Assembly: GCF_035305885.1 (NCBI RefSeq)
Contig: NZ_DATGOP010000102.1
Coordinates: 18,847-82,846 of the forward strand
Length of the DNA: 64,000 nucleotides
Reading direction: 5' to 3'
DNA from: Pseudonocardia sp.
GTDB taxonomy: Bacteria; Actinomycetota; Actinomycetes; Mycobacteriales; Pseudonocardiaceae
The first letter of the stretch is position 1. Each line of letters starts with the position of its first letter. The position numbers were made by a program, and so were the translations under genes. Under the pieces are notes generated by a model, which saw only the letters and a program-made list of their open reading frames with translations, was not told where the DNA came from and made no database searches. Below are positions 55,389 to 64,000 of this stretch, piece by piece.

Positions 55389-56582
55389 CTAGACCAGGCC
55401 GCTCGGGGGCGGCGGGACGTCGTTCAGGGCGTGGTTGCCGATGTGGAAGACCTTCATCCGGCGCGGGTCGTGCAGCGTGTGGGTGCGCGCGTTGCGCCAG
55501 TGGCGGTGCAGGTTGAGCTCCTGGGCGCTGGCCCGGGCCCCGATGAGGGCGAACACGTCGCTCGCCACGCTCACGGCGGCGCGGTCGGTCTCGGCCCGGG
55601 CCGCCGCGACCGCGACGGAGGCCTCCGCGGCCGACTCGACGGTCGGTGCGGCCCGCGCCGCGTCGAGCGCGTCGCCCGCCTCGTGCAGCAGGGCGGCCGC
55701 GGTGCGCACCCGCAGGGCGAGCTCGCCGAACTCCTGGATGATCAGCGGGTCGTCCGCGGGCCGGTCCACGGTCGACTCGATGCCGGGCCGGGCGATGCGC
55801 CGGACGAGGTCCTTCGCGTCGCGCAGCGCCGCCCGCGCGATGCCCAGGTCGACCCCGGCGTGCAGGTAGTTGCCGAACGCGCCGAACACCTCCGGCCGCT
55901 CGAAGATCGTCCAGACCGGCACCACCCAGTCGGCCGGGATCACGACCTGGTCGAACCGCACCGTGCCGCTGCCGGTGGTGCGCTGCCCCATCCCGTGCCA
56001 GTCGTCCTCGACCGTGACGCCGGGCGCGTCGGCGGGCACCCACGCGGCGACCAGGCGGCCGTCCGGGTCGTTGGCGTAGATCGGGATCCAGGGCGCGAAC
56101 GGCGAGCCGGTCGCGTAGTACTTGGTGCCGTCGACGAGCACGTCGCCGCCGGGGCGCGGCTCGAACCGGATGGCGTAGTCGCGGGGGCTCTTGGTGCCCC
56201 GCTCCGACAGCGCGTTGCCGAAGTGCCGCCCGGCGAGCACCTCGGCGAAGAAGAACTCCTTCTGCGCCGGGCTCGCCGCCTCGCGCAGGACCTCCACGAA
56301 GAAGAAGTGGTTCTGCGGGATCTGACCGACGCTGGCGTCGCCCTCGGCGAGCACGGCCATCAGCTCGCCCATCGTGCGGGCCGAGACGTCGGCGCCGCCG
56401 TGCTCGCGCGGCACCGTCACCCCGAGCAGGCCGGACGCGGCGAGCGCGGCGACCTCGGCGCGCGGCAGCCTGCGCTGCGCGTCCCGCTCGCTGTCGCCGG
56501 TGGCGAGCTCGGCGGCGAGGTCGCGGGCGACCGCGAGCGCCTCGGCGTCGCCGGTGATCACCCGGGCGGCGGTCGCGGTCAT
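55389..56582 (-). CDS. SfnB-family sulfur-acquisition oxidoreductase (acyl-CoA dehydrogenase fold)
   Basis: 397 aa with QIPQNHFFF and LHRHWRNARTHTLHDP. ATGA overlap with the upstream LLM gene. Confidence 0.85.
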   Translation of the reverse strand: MTATAARVITGDAEALAVARDLAAELATGDSERDAQRRLPRAEVAALAASGLLGVTVPREHGGADVSARTMGELMAVLAEGDASVGQIPQNHFFFVEVLREAASPAQKEFFFAEVLAGRHFGNALSERGTKSPRDYAIRFEPRPGGDVLVDGTKYYATGSPFAPWIPIYANDPDGRLVAAWVPADAPGVTVEDDWHGMGQRTTGSGTVRFDQVVIPADWVVPVWTIFERPEVFGAFGNYLHAGVDLGIARAALRDAKDLVRRIARPGIESTVDRPADDPLIIQEFGELALRVRTAAALLHEAGDALDAARAAPTVESAAEASVAVAAARAETDRAAVSVASDVFALIGARASAQELNLHRHWRNARTHTLHDPRRMKVFHIGNHALNDVPPPPSGLV

Positions 56583-57958
56583 CGCGACACCGCCTTCGCG
56601 GCGAAGCGGGCGCCGGGGTGGTCGGGGCGCAGCCGCACCTGCCCCGGCCCGTAGAGCTCCTCGCGCAGCGTGCTGCCCGCGTAGCGCTCGGGCACCAGGC
56701 CGCGGCGGCGCAGCTCGGGCACCACCAGCTCGACCAGGTCGACGAACGTGCCGGGGGTGATCGCGTAGGCGAGGTTGAACCCGTCGACGTCGGCGACCTC
56801 GACCCAGCGCTCCATCTCGTCGACGACCGTCTCCGGGCTGCCGACCACGACGACGCCCATGCCGCCGATGCCGACCCACTCGGCGATGTCGCGGGGCGTC
56901 CAGTCCCGGTCCGGGTCCACGGTGGTGAACGCCTCGACGGCGCTGCGCACGGCTTCGGTCTCGGCGTAGCGCAGCGGCTCGTCGGGGTCCATCCGCGACA
57001 GGTCGAGCCCGCTCCAGCCGCCGTAGAGGGTGAGCGCGCCCTCCAGGCTCACGTAGCGGCGGTACTCCTCGTACTTGGCCTGCGCCTCCTCGTCGGTGGC
57101 GGCCGTGATCACGGTCATCAGCGAGAAGAACTTGATCGAGCGCGGGTCGCGGCCCAGCTCGGCGGCGAGCCTGCGGGTCTCGGCGATCGAGCGGCCGAGG
57201 ATCTCCGGGCGGGTCGCCGTGGTGAAGATGCCCTCGGCGTGGCCGGCGGCGAACCGGCGGCCCCGCGGCGACGCGCCCGCCTGGAAGATCACCGGGGTGC
57301 GCTGGGGCGACGGCTCGGTGAGCGCGATGCCGGGCACGTCGAAGTAGCGGCCGTGGTGGCCGATCGGGTGCACCTTCTCCGGGTCGGCGTAGACGCCCGC
57401 GGCCTTGTCCAGCCGCACCGCGTCGTCCTCCCAGGAGCCCTCCCAGAGCTTGTAGACGACCTCCATGAACTCGTCGGCCACGTCGTAGCGCTGGTCGTGG
57501 GGTACCTGGTGCTCCAGGCCGAGGTTGCGGGCCGCCGACTCCAGGTAGGAGGTGACGACGTTCCAGGCGATCCGCCCCTGCGTGTAGTGGTCGAGCGTGG
57601 CGAACCGGCGGGCGAACGCGTACGGCTTCTCGTAGGTCAGCGAGACGGTCACGCCGAAGCCGAGGTGCTCGGTGACCGCGGCCATCGCGGGGACGGCCAG
57701 CGTCGGGTCGCCGACGGGCACCTGCGCGCCGTCGCGGATCGCGGTCTCGGGGCCGCCGCGGTAGACGTCGTAGACCCCGAGCACGTCGGCGATGAACAGG
57801 CTGGTGAAGCCGCCGCGCTCCAACAGCTGGGCGAGGTCGGTCCAGTAGCTCAGGTCGCGGTAGCGGTGCGACTGGTCGTCGGGGTGCCGCCACAGGCCGG
57901 GCGCCTGGTGCCCGGCGCAGGTCATGTCGAAGGCGTTGAGATGGATCCGGCGAGTCAA
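56579..57958 (-). CDS. LLM-class FMNH2-dependent monooxygenase, NtaA/SnaA/DszA family
   Basis: RIHLNAFDMTCAGHQAPGLWRHP is the DszA/NtaA-type N-terminus. I infer a TTG start at 57958 (TTGA overlap with the upstream stop), because ATG 57925 would delete the conserved N-terminus. Confidence 0.85.
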   Translation of the reverse strand: MTRRIHLNAFDMTCAGHQAPGLWRHPDDQSHRYRDLSYWTDLAQLLERGGFTSLFIADVLGVYDVYRGGPETAIRDGAQVPVGDPTLAVPAMAAVTEHLGFGVTVSLTYEKPYAFARRFATLDHYTQGRIAWNVVTSYLESAARNLGLEHQVPHDQRYDVADEFMEVVYKLWEGSWEDDAVRLDKAAGVYADPEKVHPIGHHGRYFDVPGIALTEPSPQRTPVIFQAGASPRGRRFAAGHAEGIFTTATRPEILGRSIAETRRLAAELGRDPRSIKFFSLMTVITAATDEEAQAKYEEYRRYVSLEGALTLYGGWSGLDLSRMDPDEPLRYAETEAVRSAVEAFTTVDPDRDWTPRDIAEWVGIGGMGVVVVGSPETVVDEMERWVEVADVDGFNLAYAITPGTFVDLVELVVPELRRRGLVPERYAGSTLREELYGPGQVRLRPDHPGARFAAKAVSR

Positions 57959-58758
57959 CGGACAGCTCCCTGGGAGAGGCCGCCGACCAGCGCCCGCTGG
58001 GCGAGGACGGCGAGGACGTACACGGGCACGATCGCGACCAGCGAGGCCGCGGCCTGCTGCCCGAACTGCACGGTGCGGTCGCCCTGGAACAGCGACAGGC
58101 CGACGGTGAGCGTCTGGGCGGACGGGGACTGGGCGAACGACACCGCGAACAGGAACTCGTTGTAGGCGAGGAAGAAGCAGACCAGCGACGCCGCCACCAG
58201 GCCCGGCACGATCAGCGGCAGCACCACCCGGCGCAGGCCCGCCGCGACGGACAGGCCGTCGACCCAGGCCGCCTCCTCGACCTCGGCGGGCACGCGGCGG
58301 ACGAACCCGTCGAGCAGCCACACCGCGACCGGCACGTTCGCCAGGCCGTTGACCAGGGCGAGCCCCACCACCGAGTTGGTCAGCCCGACCGACTTCAGCA
58401 GGAAGTACAGCGGCAGCACCGCGACGATCGGCGGGGCGCAGTAGGCGGCGAGCAGGGCCGAGTGCAGGCGCTTGCCGGAGCGACCCGCGCGGGCGGTGAC
58501 GTACGCGGTCGGCACGGCGACGAGCGCCGTGAGCAGGGTGGCGCCGAGCGCGACCACCCAGGAGTTGGCGAGCATCTGCGCGAGCGGCACGGTCTGGAAC
58601 GCCGCGGGCCAGTTGTCCCAGCGCACCCGCTCGGGCAGCCAGCCGCCGTTCTGCACGTCGTCGACCCCGCGCAGCGAGAGGGACACGAGGAACACCACCG
58701 GGGCGATCGCGAGCAGCGCCGCCACGGCGAGCACGGCGCGGGAGGCGGCGGCCCTCAT
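57955..58758 (-). CDS. carbohydrate-type ABC transporter permease
   Basis: 267 aa with EAAWVDGLSVAAGLRRVVLPLIVP. ATGA overlap. Confidence 0.85.
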   Translation of the reverse strand: MRAAASRAVLAVAALLAIAPVVFLVSLSLRGVDDVQNGGWLPERVRWDNWPAAFQTVPLAQMLANSWVVALGATLLTALVAVPTAYVTARAGRSGKRLHSALLAAYCAPPIVAVLPLYFLLKSVGLTNSVVGLALVNGLANVPVAVWLLDGFVRRVPAEVEEAAWVDGLSVAAGLRRVVLPLIVPGLVAASLVCFFLAYNEFLFAVSFAQSPSAQTLTVGLSLFQGDRTVQFGQQAAASLVAIVPVYVLAVLAQRALVGGLSQGAVR

Positions 58759-59693
58759 GCGTCCCCCCGGGTGTGGCGCGTGACCAACCCGGCGGCGCCG
58801 AGCACCACGCCGACGAGCAACCCGAGGACGATCGTCTCGGCCGCGGCCGTGCCGACCTCGAAGCTGCCGCGGAACGCGGTGCGGAACACCTCGAAGCTCG
58901 CGACGATCGTCGAGACCCCCGGCCCGCCCGCGGTGACCACCGCGACCAGGTCGAACACCTTGAACGCGATCACCAGCTGCAGCACGGCCGCGGCGAGCAC
59001 CGTCGGCGCGACCACCGGCGCCACCACCGAACGCAGCGTGCGCCACCAGCCCGCCCCGTCGAGCGCGGCGGCCTCCCACAGCTCGGCGGGCACCCCGAGC
59101 AGGGCCGCGTAGACGAGCAGGAGCACCAGCGGCGCCCACTGCCACGCGTGGGTGACGACGAGCGTCGCGAACGCACCCACGCCGGACCCGAGCGGGTTGA
59201 AGCCGGAGACGCCGAGCGCGTCCCACAGCCCGGTGAGCCCGCCGCCGACCGGGGCGAGCAGCAGCTTCCACGCCACGCCGACCGACACCGGCGGCGTGAC
59301 CATCGGCAGCAGCAGCACCGCGCCCAGCAGCCCGAACCGGCCGCCGCGCGCCTGCAGCGCGAGCGCCCCGGCCGTGCCCGCGACCACGGCGAGCGCGGTG
59401 GCGAACACCGCGAACAGCGCCGACCGCACCAGCGACCCGCCGAACGCCACCGACTCGGCGGCGGCGACGAAGTTGTCGAACCCCACGAACCCGCGCAGCG
59501 GCCGGGCCAGCGACGAGTCGGTCAACGCCAGCGCGAGCCCGGCCGCCGCCGGGTAAAGGCCGGTGATCAGCAGCGACACCACGGCGGGGATCGCGAGCCA
59601 CCGGGGGACCCGATGGCCGGCCCGCCGCTGCGCACGCGTCCGCGCCCGCGCCGCCGGGGCACCGGTCGCCGGGCGCTCGAGCGTCGCCGTCAC
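58755..59693 (-). CDS. carbohydrate-type ABC transporter permease
   Basis: 312 aa with EAAALDGAGWWRTLRSVVAPVVAP. GTG 59693 overlaps the SBP stop (GTGA). Confidence 0.85.
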   Translation of the reverse strand: MTATLERPATGAPAARARTRAQRRAGHRVPRWLAIPAVVSLLITGLYPAAAGLALALTDSSLARPLRGFVGFDNFVAAAESVAFGGSLVRSALFAVFATALAVVAGTAGALALQARGGRFGLLGAVLLLPMVTPPVSVGVAWKLLLAPVGGGLTGLWDALGVSGFNPLGSGVGAFATLVVTHAWQWAPLVLLLVYAALLGVPAELWEAAALDGAGWWRTLRSVVAPVVAPTVLAAAVLQLVIAFKVFDLVAVVTAGGPGVSTIVASFEVFRTAFRGSFEVGTAAAETIVLGLLVGVVLGAAGLVTRHTRGDA

Positions 59694-61024
59694 GTCAGCG
59701 CCCGCTCCCAGCTCGCCTGCGCGTTGGCCAGCGACTGCTGCGGCGTCTGGGCTCCGGAGATGGCGAGCGCCAGCTGGTCGACGAGGTCCTGCAGCAGCCG
59801 GGGCGCGTCGGTGTCCTTCGGCCACACCAGCGGGGAGCCGGTCAGCGCCTGTCGGATGACCTCGGTGGCCGGTGCGGTCGCGGCGGCGTACTCCGGGGAC
59901 TCCAGGGTGCTGCGCCGGGCCGGGTCGATGCCGGCACCCGCGGTGCTCGCCAGCAGCAGGTTGCGGGTGCGGTCGGTCGCCCACAGCACGAACGCCGCCG
60001 CCTGCGCCGGGTCGGCCGCGGCGGTGGACACGCCGAGCCCGAAGCCGGCGTTGAGCGCGGTGCGGTGCTCGGTGTTGGAGCCGCCGACCGGTAGCGGCAC
60101 CACGCCCCACTTGTCGACGATCTGCGAGCTCGCCGGGTCCTGCGCCTTGAGCCCCAGGTCGGTCCAGGTGTCCAGCATCGCGGCCTGGCCGGACAGGAAC
60201 GCCGAGTTGGCCTGGTCGAAGCCGATCTGCAGCGGGGTCGGCAGCGCGTAGGGGGCGACGTCGACCAGGTGCTGCAGCGCGGCGTGCGCCGCGTCCGACG
60301 TGAGCGCCGGGGCGCCGTCCGGGCCGAGCAGCGAGCCGCCGTATCCGGCGAGGCGGTTGATGAACGAGCAGCCGAGGATCATCGGCACCTGCTGGCCCTC
60401 GACCACCGCCCCGTAGACGGAGCCGCCGCTGCGCTCGGTGATGGTGCGCGCCGCGGCGTCGTACTCGTCCCAGGTTCGCGGCGGTTCGAGGCCGTAGGTC
60501 TCGAAGACCTCGCGGTTGTAGTAGAGGACGTGCACGTCGCCGTCGAACGGCACGCCGTAGCGGCGGCCGTCGAGCAGCGTGTAGGCGTCGTAGACCGAGC
60601 GCAGGAAATCCGACGTGTCGACCGCGGCGAGCTGGTCGGTCAGGTCGACCAATGCGCCGGCGTCCACGAGCGCGCCGAGGCCGAAGTAGAAGTAGTCGAA
60701 CACGTCGAACTGCCCGGCGCCGCCCTGCACGTCCAGGATCTGTTGGCTCGTGAGCTGGTCGTAGGGCACCGCGGTCGTTTCCAGCCTGCCCCCGAACTCG
60801 CGCTCGAACGCGGGCGCGAGCAGTTCGGTGAACGCCAGCACGTGCGGCTGGTTCACCATCGCGCGGATCGTCGCGCCCGTCAGGTCGGCGGTCTCGCCCG
60901 CGGGCAGGGCCGTGGTCGAGCCGCCGTCGCCGCAGGCGGCCAGCAGCGGGCCGAGGCCGACGACGGCGCCCGCGCCGAGGGCGGAACGCAGCAGCAGACG
61001 ACGGGAGAGCACGGGGGAGGGCAT
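59690..61024 (-). CDS. ABC transporter family-1 substrate-binding lipoprotein with Tat-like signal
   Basis: ATG 61024. MPSPVLSRRLLLRSALGAGAVVGLGPLLAACG (twin-Arg plus lipobox). Confidence 0.85.
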   Translation of the reverse strand: MPSPVLSRRLLLRSALGAGAVVGLGPLLAACGDGGSTTALPAGETADLTGATIRAMVNQPHVLAFTELLAPAFEREFGGRLETTAVPYDQLTSQQILDVQGGAGQFDVFDYFYFGLGALVDAGALVDLTDQLAAVDTSDFLRSVYDAYTLLDGRRYGVPFDGDVHVLYYNREVFETYGLEPPRTWDEYDAAARTITERSGGSVYGAVVEGQQVPMILGCSFINRLAGYGGSLLGPDGAPALTSDAAHAALQHLVDVAPYALPTPLQIGFDQANSAFLSGQAAMLDTWTDLGLKAQDPASSQIVDKWGVVPLPVGGSNTEHRTALNAGFGLGVSTAAADPAQAAAFVLWATDRTRNLLLASTAGAGIDPARRSTLESPEYAAATAPATEVIRQALTGSPLVWPKDTDAPRLLQDLVDQLALAISGAQTPQQSLANAQASWERALT

Positions 61025-61334
61025 GCGGGGCTCCGGGGAACGAGCAGGGACGAACGACGAGGCGTCAGGCCGGACAGACCGCCGTGCTCGTGCGGCAGAA
61101 GTCGACGTGGTGGCGACGGACCAGCACAACCGAGAACGGTAGGGAAAAAGGCTTCCGCGATCAAAGCTCCGACGTTTTTGCGACGGACATCACGCCGATT
61201 TGTCGGGACAACTCCGGGCCCCGTCCACACGGTGGAACAACAATGTCCGGACGATTGCCGACGTTTGCATTCGCGCCGCCGCCGTGCTGCATTGGAAATG
61301 CTTTCTGTGCCCGTTCGGCGAGGAGAGATCCTTC

Positions 61335-62489
61335 GTGTCCCTGACCGCTCACTGGTTCCTGCCCACCTACGGCGACGGCCGCCAGCTCGTCGGCGGCGGC
61401 CACGGCGTCGGCGTCGGCTCGGCGGGCGGCGTGCGCCCGGCCTCGATCGGCTACCTGACCCAGGTCGCCAGGGCGGCCGAACAGGTCGGGTTCGCAGGCG
61501 CCCTCACCCCCACCGGGGCGTGGTGCGAGGACGCCTGGCTCACCACCGCGATGCTGGTCGGCGAGACCGAGCGGCTGAAGTTCCTCGTCGCGTTCCGGCC
61601 GGGCTTCGTCTCCCCCACGCTCGCTGCCCAGATGGCGGCCACCTACCAGCGCCACTCCGGCGGGCGGCTGCTGCTCAACGTCGTCACCGGCGGCGAGCCG
61701 GCCGAGCAGCGCGCCTACGGCGACTTCCTCGACAAGGACGCCCGCTACCGCCGCACCGCCGAGTTCCTGCAGGTGGTGCGGGCGCTGTGGCGCGGGGAGC
61801 GGGTCGAGCTGACCGGCGAGCACCTGCGCGTCGAGGGCGCTCACCTCGACCGGCTGCCCGACCCGGTGCCGCCGCTGTACTTCGGCGGCTCCTCCCCCGC
61901 CGCCCTGCGGGTGGCCGCCGAGCACGTCGACGTCTACCTGACCTGGGGCGAGCCGCCGGCGCAGGTCGCGGAGAAGATCACGGCCGTGCGGGCGCTCGCC
62001 GCCGAGCACGGCCGCACCGTCCGCTTCGGCATCCGCCTGCACGTGATCACGCGGGACACCTCGGAGCAGGCGTGGGCGCACGCCGAGTCGCTGCTCGCGG
62101 CGATCGACCCGGCCACGATCGAGCGGGTGCAGGCCGGGCTCGCGCGCAGCGAGTCGGAGGGCCAGCGGCGCATGCGCGCCCTGCACGGCGGGTCGACGGC
62201 CGACCTCGAGGTGTCCCCGAACCTGTGGGCGGGCGTCGGCCTCGTGCGGGGTGGCGCGGGCACCGCCCTCGTCGGCAGCCACACCGAGGTGGCCGACCGC
62301 ATCGCCGAGTACCACGCGCTGGGCATCGACGAGTTCGTGCTCTCCGGCCACCCCCACCTCGAGGAGGCCTGGTGGGTGGGCGAGGGCGTGTTGCCGATCC
62401 TGCAGCGGCGCGGGTTGTGGGAGCCGCCGGGTGGCGGGGAGCTCGTGCCGGGCCGGGCCCGGACGGTTCCGTTCGCGGCCGCTCGGTGA
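61335..62489 (+). CDS. ssuD: FMNH2-dependent alkanesulfonate monooxygenase
   Basis: GTG 61335 follows RBS AGGAGAGA. HWFLPTYGDG..., TPTGAWCEDAWL, RLKFLVAFRPG and LLNVVTGG align with SsuD as I remember it. Confidence 0.85.
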   Translation: MSLTAHWFLPTYGDGRQLVGGGHGVGVGSAGGVRPASIGYLTQVARAAEQVGFAGALTPTGAWCEDAWLTTAMLVGETERLKFLVAFRPGFVSPTLAAQMAATYQRHSGGRLLLNVVTGGEPAEQRAYGDFLDKDARYRRTAEFLQVVRALWRGERVELTGEHLRVEGAHLDRLPDPVPPLYFGGSSPAALRVAAEHVDVYLTWGEPPAQVAEKITAVRALAAEHGRTVRFGIRLHVITRDTSEQAWAHAESLLAAIDPATIERVQAGLARSESEGQRRMRALHGGSTADLEVSPNLWAGVGLVRGGAGTALVGSHTEVADRIAEYHALGIDEFVLSGHPHLEEAWWVGEGVLPILQRRGLWEPPGGGELVPGRARTVPFAAAR

Positions 62490-62591
62490 CCGCGGTGCGG
62501 GCCGTCGGTGGGTTCCGCGGGACCCGATCCGCGTTGCCGCTGGGGGCGGGCGAGCGCGATACCCGCTGCGCCGGGCGGCGCGAAGGCGAGC

Positions 62592-63722
62592 TCAACTGGG
62601 CGAGGTCGTTCCGCGACCGGTGCGGCCGACGACGGCTTCGCGCCGGACGGACGGGATGACCTCGTCGCGGAAGAGCCGCAGGGAGCGCAGCGCGATGTCG
62701 GGGTCCAGCGAGCCCCATGCGAAGGCGCCCGCGAGGTAGTTCACCTCCCCGCAGGTGACCGCTTCACCGACCTGCGCGCTCACCGTCTCCGGCGAGCCGA
62801 CGAACAGCTTCTGTTCGGCGACCAGCCGGTCGAAGTCGAGCGGCTCGGAGAACCGCTCGCTGCCGTGCTTGCGCCACAAGTGGGTGAAGTTCGTGTGGTG
62901 GTCGGCGAACGCCGCGCGACCGACGGCGAGCGCTTCCTCGTCGGTCGGTGCGACCAGCACGTGGCGCATCACACCGAAGCGCGGCGCCCGGCCCGGCAGG
63001 CTGCAGCGGGCCCGGCCCCGCGCCTCCGATTCCGAGAACCGCTCGGCGAAGATCCGGCGCTGCTCGCGGACCACCTCCAGGGGCGGGGAGACGAAGCCGA
63101 ACCCGAACAGCACGTTGTAGCCCTGCTCGCCGAGCCGTGGGATCGACGCCGGGTTGGACGTCGGGTACCACAGCGGCGGATGGGGCCGCTGGCGCGCTGT
63201 GACGTGCAGATCGACCTCGTCAGCGGTCGTTCCGTCTCCGGCCGGCCGCCGGAACCGGCCGGTCTCCAGCGCCTCGAGGATGCTCGGGACGAGCAGATCG
63301 AACCGTTGCGCGGCCTCCGGCGGGGTCAGCCCGTACATCGCGGCCTCGTACGGGGACGATCCCCTGCCCACGCCGATGTCGAGCCGGCCGTGGCTGAGCT
63401 GGTCGAGCATGGCGATCTCCTCGACCAACCGCAGCGGGTCGTAGAGCGGCACGACGAAGGTCGTGGGCGCGAGGCGGATGCGCTCGGTCGCCCGCGCCGC
63501 GGCGGCGACGAACACCGCCGGGGACGGGGCGAGCCCGAGCGGGGTGCCGTGGTGCTCGGCCAGGTGGTAGACGGCGAACCCACCCTGGTCGGCTTCGGCG
63601 AGGATCCGCAGCCGCGCGTCGTACACCTCACCCGCCGTCAGCCCGGGGTGGGCGTCGACCCAGTCGAAGAGACCGAACTCGAGGTCGAACCGTGGTTCCT
63701 GGCCGGCCGGTTCCGCAGACAT
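62592..63722 (-). CDS. LLM-class (luciferase-like) flavin-dependent oxidoreductase
   Basis: ATG 63722. FGLFDW..., YHLAEHHGTPLGLAPSP and LDQLSHGRLDIGVGRG are typical LLM motifs. Confidence 0.8.
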   Translation of the reverse strand: MSAEPAGQEPRFDLEFGLFDWVDAHPGLTAGEVYDARLRILAEADQGGFAVYHLAEHHGTPLGLAPSPAVFVAAAARATERIRLAPTTFVVPLYDPLRLVEEIAMLDQLSHGRLDIGVGRGSSPYEAAMYGLTPPEAAQRFDLLVPSILEALETGRFRRPAGDGTTADEVDLHVTARQRPHPPLWYPTSNPASIPRLGEQGYNVLFGFGFVSPPLEVVREQRRIFAERFSESEARGRARCSLPGRAPRFGVMRHVLVAPTDEEALAVGRAAFADHHTNFTHLWRKHGSERFSEPLDFDRLVAEQKLFVGSPETVSAQVGEAVTCGEVNYLAGAFAWGSLDPDIALRSLRLFRDEVIPSVRREAVVGRTGRGTTSPS

Positions 63723-63894
63723 GCGATCACCCTCGTCGATCCGAACGCGCACCGCCACGGCGAAGCAGCCGCATCCGGAGCGCAACCCGGGGTCGGCCGG
63801 CAGCCCGGGCGTCTCGAACGTTCGGTCAGCGCCGGCCCGAGCCGGCCCTTCGGCCGGCCCCGCCGTCACGCCGACAGCGGGGCCGCGCCCGCCC

Positions 63895-64000
63895 TCAGAT
63901 CTGCGGCGTGATGGCCTGCAACGCCCCCGACCCCCGCACCGCCGCCGCGAGGTCGACCAGCGCCGCCCCGTGCGCCGCGGCGAGCTCGGCGCTCTGGTCG
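63895..64000 (-). CDS. 3' end of an unidentified CDS entering from the right edge
   Basis: The minus frame reads ...DQSAELAAAHGAALVDLAAAVRGSGALQAITPQI* with TGA at 63897-63895. It is too short to identify. Confidence 0.3.
   Translation of the reverse strand, partial: DQSAELAAAHGAALVDLAAAVRGSGALQAITPQI

Noticed and set aside
1-64000. CRISPR arrays, IS elements or transposases, integrases, tRNA or rRNA genes, prophage or defence islands
   Set aside because: Scanning the low-GC islands and all long ORFs found no regularly spaced direct repeats, no DDE/HUH/tyrosine-recombinase-like translations and no tRNA-like low-GC cloverleaf segments. A covariance-model or HMM scan would be needed to exclude them formally.

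Overview
This is 64 kb of very GC-rich actinobacterial chromosome (visibly above 70 % G+C, not computed). I call about 60 protein-coding genes. By eye I found no rRNA, tRNA, CRISPR array, transposase or integrase.

Left third: the conserved actinobacterial sigB neighbourhood (SF2 helicase, DUF3039, DUF3099, dtd, sigB). It is interleaved with psuG plus a PfkB kinase, a cbiMNQO Ni/Co ECF importer directly preceded by an ArsR/SmtB repressor, and a dhaKLM operon whose DhaM carries HPr plus a complete Enzyme I.

Middle: a PucR regulator with a liv-type ABC importer, an orphan siderophore-type binding lipoprotein, and a globin / NDH-2-like pair. Next comes an idi-prs-nucleotidyltransferase operon. 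Several TetR/GntR-flanked small catabolic operons follow, including an in-frame CaiB-crotonase fusion and an FAH-MBL-MFS operon.

Right third: a long minus-strand organosulfur-scavenging cluster (two SfnB/DszC-like genes and one DszA/NtaA-like gene, with ssuD and another LLM gene nearby). It is sandwiched between two CUT1 sugar-type ABC importers that have no ATPase gene. Most operon junctions are 1- or 4-nt start/stop overlaps (ATGA, GTGA, TTGA).

I did not find a clear new multi-gene defence or mobile system. The most unusual signals are:
- a low-GC palindromic element of about 60 nt present twice (24.2 kb and 51.1 kb);
- a second short repeat family (GCGAGTCGCGGGCT) shared by a terminator at 14.85 kb and a 450-bp unassigned spacer at 32.2 kb;
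- an SmtB-like operator between an ArsR sensor and a metal uptake operon;
- a PhaC-like protein lacking its catalytic Cys;
- gene decay: two frameshifts in C5 runs, a PIN-domain remnant, and a reciprocal 5' truncation of a MocR/EamA pair.

All functional calls rest on my recognition of motifs in the translations. No database search was run.
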